From NCBI RefSeq assembly GCF_004010195.1, contig NC_057720.1:4052939-4093518 (forward strand): a stretch of DNA of 40,580 nucleotides, given 5' to 3'. This DNA is from Chiloscyllium plagiosum (taxonomy: Eukaryota). Made by a program: the position numbers and the translations under genes. Under the pieces are notes generated by a model, which ran no database searches, had not been told where the DNA came from, and saw nothing but the letters and a program-made list of their open reading frames with translations. How positions within the stretch are numbered: the first letter of the stretch is position 1; each line of letters begins with the position of its first letter. Below, one piece after another: positions 34,850 through 40,580 of the stretch.

Positions 34850-36200
34850 ACTTCATTGTAGGGGCTTGTCTTCCAAGAAACAATTCAGCTATTGTTCCAC
34901 TGGTAGGAATTGTGTCACGATAAATAAATGGAATATTTGCCAGTCTGTGGTTCAGTGACATTTGGCATTTCTTCCAGTGTATCTAGCAATTGTTGAATGA
35001 GATGACACTTAACAATTTGTACAGAACGCTCCACTGCTCTGCTCAAACCAGGATGCTACAGGGCAGCTCAAGTGTGTTTAACCCCATTCATCCTCAGGAA
35101 ATTTGACAACTTTCTGAAACAAAGCTCAGGTGCATTATCAAACACAATTCCCTCTGGAAACCATAAGCAGCTTTCAAACTACTCAAAATATCTAAAGCTT
35201 TACTAGATGTTTAATTTTACAGTGGCCCTTCAACCCATTTTGATTGGCTATTTGTCACAGTTACGAGGTTCTCCTTCAGTCTGTGTGAGATCACTGTACA
35301 GCCCGTGTTCCTCTATGGCTGGCCATTTCCTCAGTTACAAAGGACTCTGCTTTTCTGCCACATGACATTCTCTGTTTCACTGTGTCTGCCATATCATCCA
35401 GGTCACCAAACATAGCTTCCTGCTAGACTCTTCATCAAACCCAACCTCAAATGTGGATCATGAAACATCGAAACATAAGAAGGGAGGAGCAGATGGAAGC
35501 CATTTGCACCGGCCCCCCCACCCCCAGCCTGCTCCACTATGCAATATGATCATGGCCGATCATCAAGGTGAATATCCTATACCTGCACCCCCAGCCCCCG
35601 CCCCCTCCCCATTATCGCTCGATCCCTTTAGCCACAAAGTAACATCTTAAAACCACATAGTGTTTCTGCCTCAGCTACTGTCTGTGGTAGTGACTTCTAC
35701 TGGCTCTCTGGGTGAAGACGTTTCTCCTCATCTCAGTCCTAAATGGCCTACCCCTCATCCTCAAACTGTGACCCTTGGTCCTGGGCTCCCCCACCATCGG
35801 GAACATCCTTCCTACCTTTACTCTGTCAATTCCTGTTAGAATGTTACAGGTTTCTCTGAAATCCCCTCGCTCTCCTAAACTCCAATGAATACAATCTTGA
35901 CCGACTCAATCTCTTCTCATACATCAGTCCTGCCATCCCAGGAATCAGTCTGGGAAACCTTCGCTGCAGTCTCTCGACAGTAAGAACATTACATAGCTGT
36001 GATTTGTACTTTTCTGGAATTGCAATTCTAGCTCCCAACATAACACAATCGTTATCGACTGGTAGTTCATTCTTAAGGATAAAAATTGGCCTGATTATTA
36101 AATCCAGTTGACCAGCCATTAACCACACAAGTTCCTTCAGAGATAGTCTACCAATGTCTGTGATCGGCAACACATCCAAATGCATCCAATACCATCAGGC
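34850..36200 (-). pseudogene. Highly decayed Ty3/Gypsy pol (integrase region), interrupted by CR1
   Basis: KNELPVDNDCVMLGARIAIPEKYKSQL; LGLMKSLAGSYVW*PG; IVFDNAPE..FLRMNGVKH..HPG..AVERSVQIVK; LANIPFIYR..AELFLGR. Confidence 0.75.
35455..35985 (-). mobile_element. CR1 LINE 3' fragment
   Basis: ERLQRRFPRLIPGMAGLMYEKRL..LYSLEFRR. Confidence 0.85.
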
Positions 36201-36898
36201 TCTCTTCATGATGATCCAACCATGCAAGAGGACAATTCGGGTGTCCAAGTTTGGCTTCAGCATCGTTTACAGGACTTTATAGCTTTCTGTCTTGAGACCT
36301 TTTGCTTTCTCAAATTAAGCTCATTTATTTTAAATGATTGGTGGCTGTTTCTCTGATATCTCCCAGGTCACATTCCAAAGGTCATATCTAAGGACAGTTT
36401 GGTAAGTGATGTCAGAGCTTAATGCTGTTAATGTCAGCAACCAAGTGAGAGTGTCCTCACTAATGGAAGCACTCACAATTCGATAATTCTCTCTCCCTTG
36501 AAATTTTCCAATATTACAATGGACGGGCAGCTTTCTTTAAGAGTTATAATCATCTAGAAAGGATTAAGCTAGCTAGGGATAGTCAACACGGGTTTGTGAA
36601 GTGTAGGTCGTGCCTCACAAACTTTATTGAGTTCTTTGAGAAGGTGACCAAACAGGTGGATGAAGGTAAAGTGATTGATGTGGTGTATATGGATTTCAGT
36701 AAGGCGTTTGATAAGGTTCCCCACGGTAGGCTATTGCAGTTAATACGGACGCATGGGATTGAGGGTGATGTAGTGGCTTGGATCAGAAATTGGCTGAAAG
36801 AAGACACGGTGGTGGTTGATGGGAAGTGTTTATCATGGAGTTCAGTTGCTAGTGGTGTACTTCAGGCATCTGTTTTGGGCCCTCTGCTGTTTGTCATT

Positions 36899-38290
36899 TA
36901 AATTCAATTCAATTCAATTCATTGTCACGTGTACCGAGGCACAGTGAAAAGCTTTGTCTTGTGAGCAACACAGGCAGATCACAGAGTTAAGTAGCATAGA
37001 TAGTAAATAATATGTAAACAGCGGCAAAAACAAAAATGCAGGTACAGCCGAATGTTAAGGGTTTTTGTGTCCATTCAGTATTCTAACAACAGTAGGGTAG
37101 AAACTGTTTTGAAACCAGCTGGTGGGTGTGTTCAGGTTTCTGTACCTTCTTCCTGATGGTAGAGGTTGTAGAAAAACATTGCCAGGGTGGGATGGATCTT
37201 TGAGAATGCTGGCGGCCTTTCCTTGACAGTGGGCCTGGTAGATGGATTCTATAGATGGGAGGTTGGCCATTGTGATTGTCTGGGCCGAGTTCACCACTCT
37301 CTGTAACCATCTCCGACCTTGAATGGTACAGTTGCCATACCAGGCAGTGATACATCCAGACAGAATGCTCTCGATGGCACACCTATAAAAGTTGGCAAGG
37401 GTACTCGCCGTTATGCCAAATTTCCTCAGCTGCCTGAGGAAGAGGAGATATTGTTGGGCCTTTGTAACCAGTGCATCCACATGGAGAGTCCAAGAAAGCT
37501 TGTGGATGACCACTCCCAGGAGTTTGACACTCTCCACTTGTTCCACCTTCATCAGCAAACTTGTAAATGGCATTAGTCTGGTATTTGGTGATGTAGTCTT
37601 GGATATACAGTGAGTACAGTAGGGGGCTGAGTACTCACCCCTGGGGGGCTCCAGTGTTGAGTGTTAGTGAGGATGAAATATTGATCCCAATCTTCACTGA
37701 TTGTGGCCTGTGGGTCAGGAAACTGAGGATCCAGATGCAGAGAGTGGGGCTTAGTCTGAGATCACTCAGTTTAGTAATCAGTCTCGAGGGGATAATAGTC
37801 AATGAGTAGGATCCTTACGCTGCTGTTCATGGTGTCAAGATGTTCTAGAGAGGAATGAAGGGCAAGTGATATGGCATTTGACATGGATCTGTTGGTACGA
37901 TGGGCAAATTGGAGTGGGTCAAGAGTAGTGGGGAGGCTGGAGTTGATTAATGCCATGACCAACCTTTCGAAGCACTGACACGCTCTGGGAGAGATGTGTC
38001 ATCATCTGCTATCTTGCACTGTCTCTTTTTAGAACCTGTAATGTCATTCAGTCTTGCCATCATCACTGGGTGTCTGTCTGGGTCTCTAGTTTGGATCGGT
38101 ATTGGTCCTTGGCTGTTTTAATGGCTCTGCGAATGTCACACTTGGATTCCTTATATTTGAGTGGGTCTCCGGATCTAAAGACCTCACGCCTAGTTTTTAG
38201 CAGTTTCTGTATGTCCTGATTCATCCAGGGTTTCCTGTTGGGGAATACCTGGGTTGACTGCCTCGGTATGCAGTCCTTCACACACTTGCT
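36899..38290 (-). mobile_element. Rex1/Babar-clade LINE, internally deleted
   Basis: [72 protein letters not shown]; (TTGAA)n tail. Confidence 0.88.
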
Positions 38291-39015
38291 GATAAAGCTG
38301 GATGAGGGCATAGAAGGATGGGTTGGTAAATTTGCAGATGACATTAAGGTCGGTAGAGTTGTGGACAGTGGCAAGGCATGTTGTAGGTTACAGAGAGACA
38401 TAGGTAAGCTGCAGAGCTGGGCTGAGAGGTGGCAAACGGAGTTTAATGCAGAAAAATGTGAGGTGATTCATTTTGGAAGGAGTAACAGGAATACAGAATA
38501 CTGGGCGGATGCTAAGATTCTTGGTAGTATAAATGAGCAGAGAGATCTCGGTATATATGTACATAGATCCCTGAAAGTTGCCACCCAGGTTGACTGGGTT
38601 ATTAAGAAGCTGTGATGGCTTTTATTAGTTGAGGGATTGAGGTTCGGAGCCATGAGGTCATGCTGCAGCTGTACAAAACTCTGATGCAGCCGCACTTGGA
38701 GTATTGTGTTCAGTTCTGGTCGCCGTATTATGGGAAGGATGTGGAAGCTTTGGAAAAGGTTCAGAGGAGCATTACCAGGATGTTGTCTGGTGTTGAGGGA
38801 AGGTCTTATGAGGGAAGGCTGAGGGACTTGGGGCTGTTTTCATGAGAAAGAAGAAGGCTGAGAGGTGACTTAATTGAGACACATAAGATAACCAGAGAAT
38901 TGGATAAGGTGGACAGTGAGAACCTTTTTCCTCAGATGGTGATGGCTATCATGAGGGGACATAGCTTTAAATTGAGGGATAATAGATATAGGACAGATGT
39001 CAGAGGTAGTTTCTT

Positions 39016-39324
39016 TAGATTAGATTACTTACAGTGTGGAAACAGGCCCTTCGGCCCAACAAGTCCATACCGACCCGCCGAAGCGCAACCTATTCCCCTA
39101 CATTTTACCCCTTCACCAAACACTATGGCCAATTTAGCATGGCCAATCCACTTAACCTGCACATTTTTGGACTGTGGGAGGAAACCGGAGCATCCGGAGG
39201 AAACCCACGCAGACACAGGGAGAATGTGCAAACTCCACACAGTCAGTTGCCTGAGGCAGGAATTGAACCCAGGTCTCTGGCGCTGGGAGGCAGCAGTGCT
39301 AACCATTGTGCCACTGTGCCGCCC
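39016..39324 (-). mobile_element. HE1-like V-SINE, full length
   Basis: Close reverse complement of 1621-1915. Confidence 0.92.
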
Positions 39325-40242
39325 ATCAGACTACTGTCCTAGGGCCAACCATTTTTGCTGTTTCATCAATGACTGTCCCTCCATTATAACGTCAGACTGG
39401 GAATATTTGCTGGTGTTTGTACAATGTTCAGTACCATTCAATTTCTTACTCCGAGAGTAGTAGAGGCGTGAAATGTCCTGCCTCCAACAGTAGTAGACTC
39501 GGCAACTTTAAGGGCATTTAAATGGTCATTGGATAAACATATGGATGAAAATGGAATCATGGAGGATAGAGACGCTTCAGATAGGTTTCACAGGTCAGCG
39601 CAACATCGAGGGCTGAAGGGCTGTACTGCGCTGTAATGTTCTATGTTCTATGATACCTTCATCAAATGAAACCAAAATAGTGCAGATGTTGGAAATCTGA
39701 AATTTAAAATGGAAAGTGCTGGACAAACATTTTACGTGGCTCAGCATCAAACATTGTCTGATATCACTCCTGCGAAGTACTTTGGAATTATAAAGGTGTT
39801 AGACGCCTTTCCAATTTTATATAAATGTGCTGTTATTGTCATGGCCTACAAAGGAAGCTGCTTCTGAATGGGAAAATGGAAAAATTAAATCACTTTGAAC
39901 TGACTGTTTAGTGTGTCTTTTTTTAATAAACAGCCAATCTTTCAGAACTAGTCTCAAAATTTGATCTCTGCTGGGCTGCTGCTTCAAAACAGAATTTATC
40001 TGCAGTTTAAAGTTGCAATGTTATTTACCAGATAATCCTTGATGCCAACAGAAACATATACACCTCTGACTGCAGTTTTTTATAAGCTTGTATTCCTTTG
40101 TGTTTAGATGATAATCTGATTGAGGCGTGTCAGATGGATTTGAAAGGGTAGATAAGACAGAACCTGTTTTGTCTGGTTGTAGGAGCCAAGAACAATGGGG
40201 TTGTGGGGGTGTAAGGGGAGAGTGACTGGGCACAATCTTATT

Positions 40243-40330
40243 GAGAGAGAGAGAGAGAGAACGAGAGAAAGAGCGACAAAGTGAGAAAAAAGAAACAGCA
40301 AGAGAGATAGAGAGATGGAGCGAGAGACAG
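40243..40330. repeat. (GA)n-rich microsatellite
   Basis: Visible directly. Confidence 0.9.
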
Positions 40331-40371
40331 CCTCATAATTTTGGGATGGGGGGGTGTGTGGTTGCTACAGG

Positions 40372-40520
40372 AAACGTCATTTCAACATACCACCCTGGCC
40401 ATCATGTCTATCTCAGCCTTGCTGTAGTGCTCTAGTAAAGCTCAACTTAAGCTGAAAGAACAACACATCATTGGGAACCCTGCAGCCTCCGGACACAATA
40501 TCGAGTTCACCAATCTTAAA
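40372..40520 (+). pseudogene. PLE GIY-YIG C-terminal relic
   Basis: HFN...KLKEQHII / LGTLQP / NIEFTN. Confidence 0.55.
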
Positions 40521-40580
40521 ACCTGAGGCACCTTCTCCCCCCTCACCCCCCCCCCCCCCCCCCACCCCAAACACACCCAC

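Larger units (their letters stand above)
36540..39655 (+). mobile_element. CR1 LINE RT/3' region split by Rex1 (36899-38290) and SINE (39016-39441) insertions
   Basis: YMDFSKAFDKVPH...LGPLLFVI, resuming as LDEGIEGWVGKFADD; later HLEYCVQFWSP; tail TTCTATGTTCTATG. Confidence 0.92.
1007..40580 (+). other. Large intron of LPAR3 (GTAAGT donor at 1007); terminal exon not seen in the window
   Basis: Consensus donor; no AFxxCWTPG/NPIIY-type coding stretch noticed downstream (the N gap cannot be checked). Confidence 0.7.

Noticed and set aside
38063..38401. ORF appearing to fuse two protein types
   Set aside because: Chance open frame across the antisense-CR1 / Rex1 junction.

Overview
Eukaryotic (cartilaginous fish, shark-like) genomic DNA. 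It holds the first large coding exon of an LPAR3-like lysophospholipid GPCR (ATG 274, phase-1 donor after 1006). The remaining ~39.5 kb reads as intron; I did not find the expected TM6-TM7 exon. The intron is dense in retroelement relics: many CR1 LINE fragments, HE1/V-SINEs, a second tRNA-like SINE family, an RTE LINE, a Rex1/Babar LINE, a decayed Ty3/Gypsy pol, and Penelope-like element (PLE) ends. Most ORFs in the track are pieces of these repeats. Highlights: (1) the receptor has Glu rather than Gln at TM3 position 3.29, the S1P-receptor residue, in an otherwise LPA3 sequence; (2) several minimal type I hammerhead-ribozyme motifs sit in fold-back PLE derivatives, some on the pre-mRNA strand; (3) a 2.9-kb block with near-identical inverted hammerhead-bearing arms and a 15-bp target-site duplication encloses older genomic cargo and interrupts the RTE LINE. 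Repeat family names come from recalled motifs, not database searches, and repeat boundaries are approximate unless stated.
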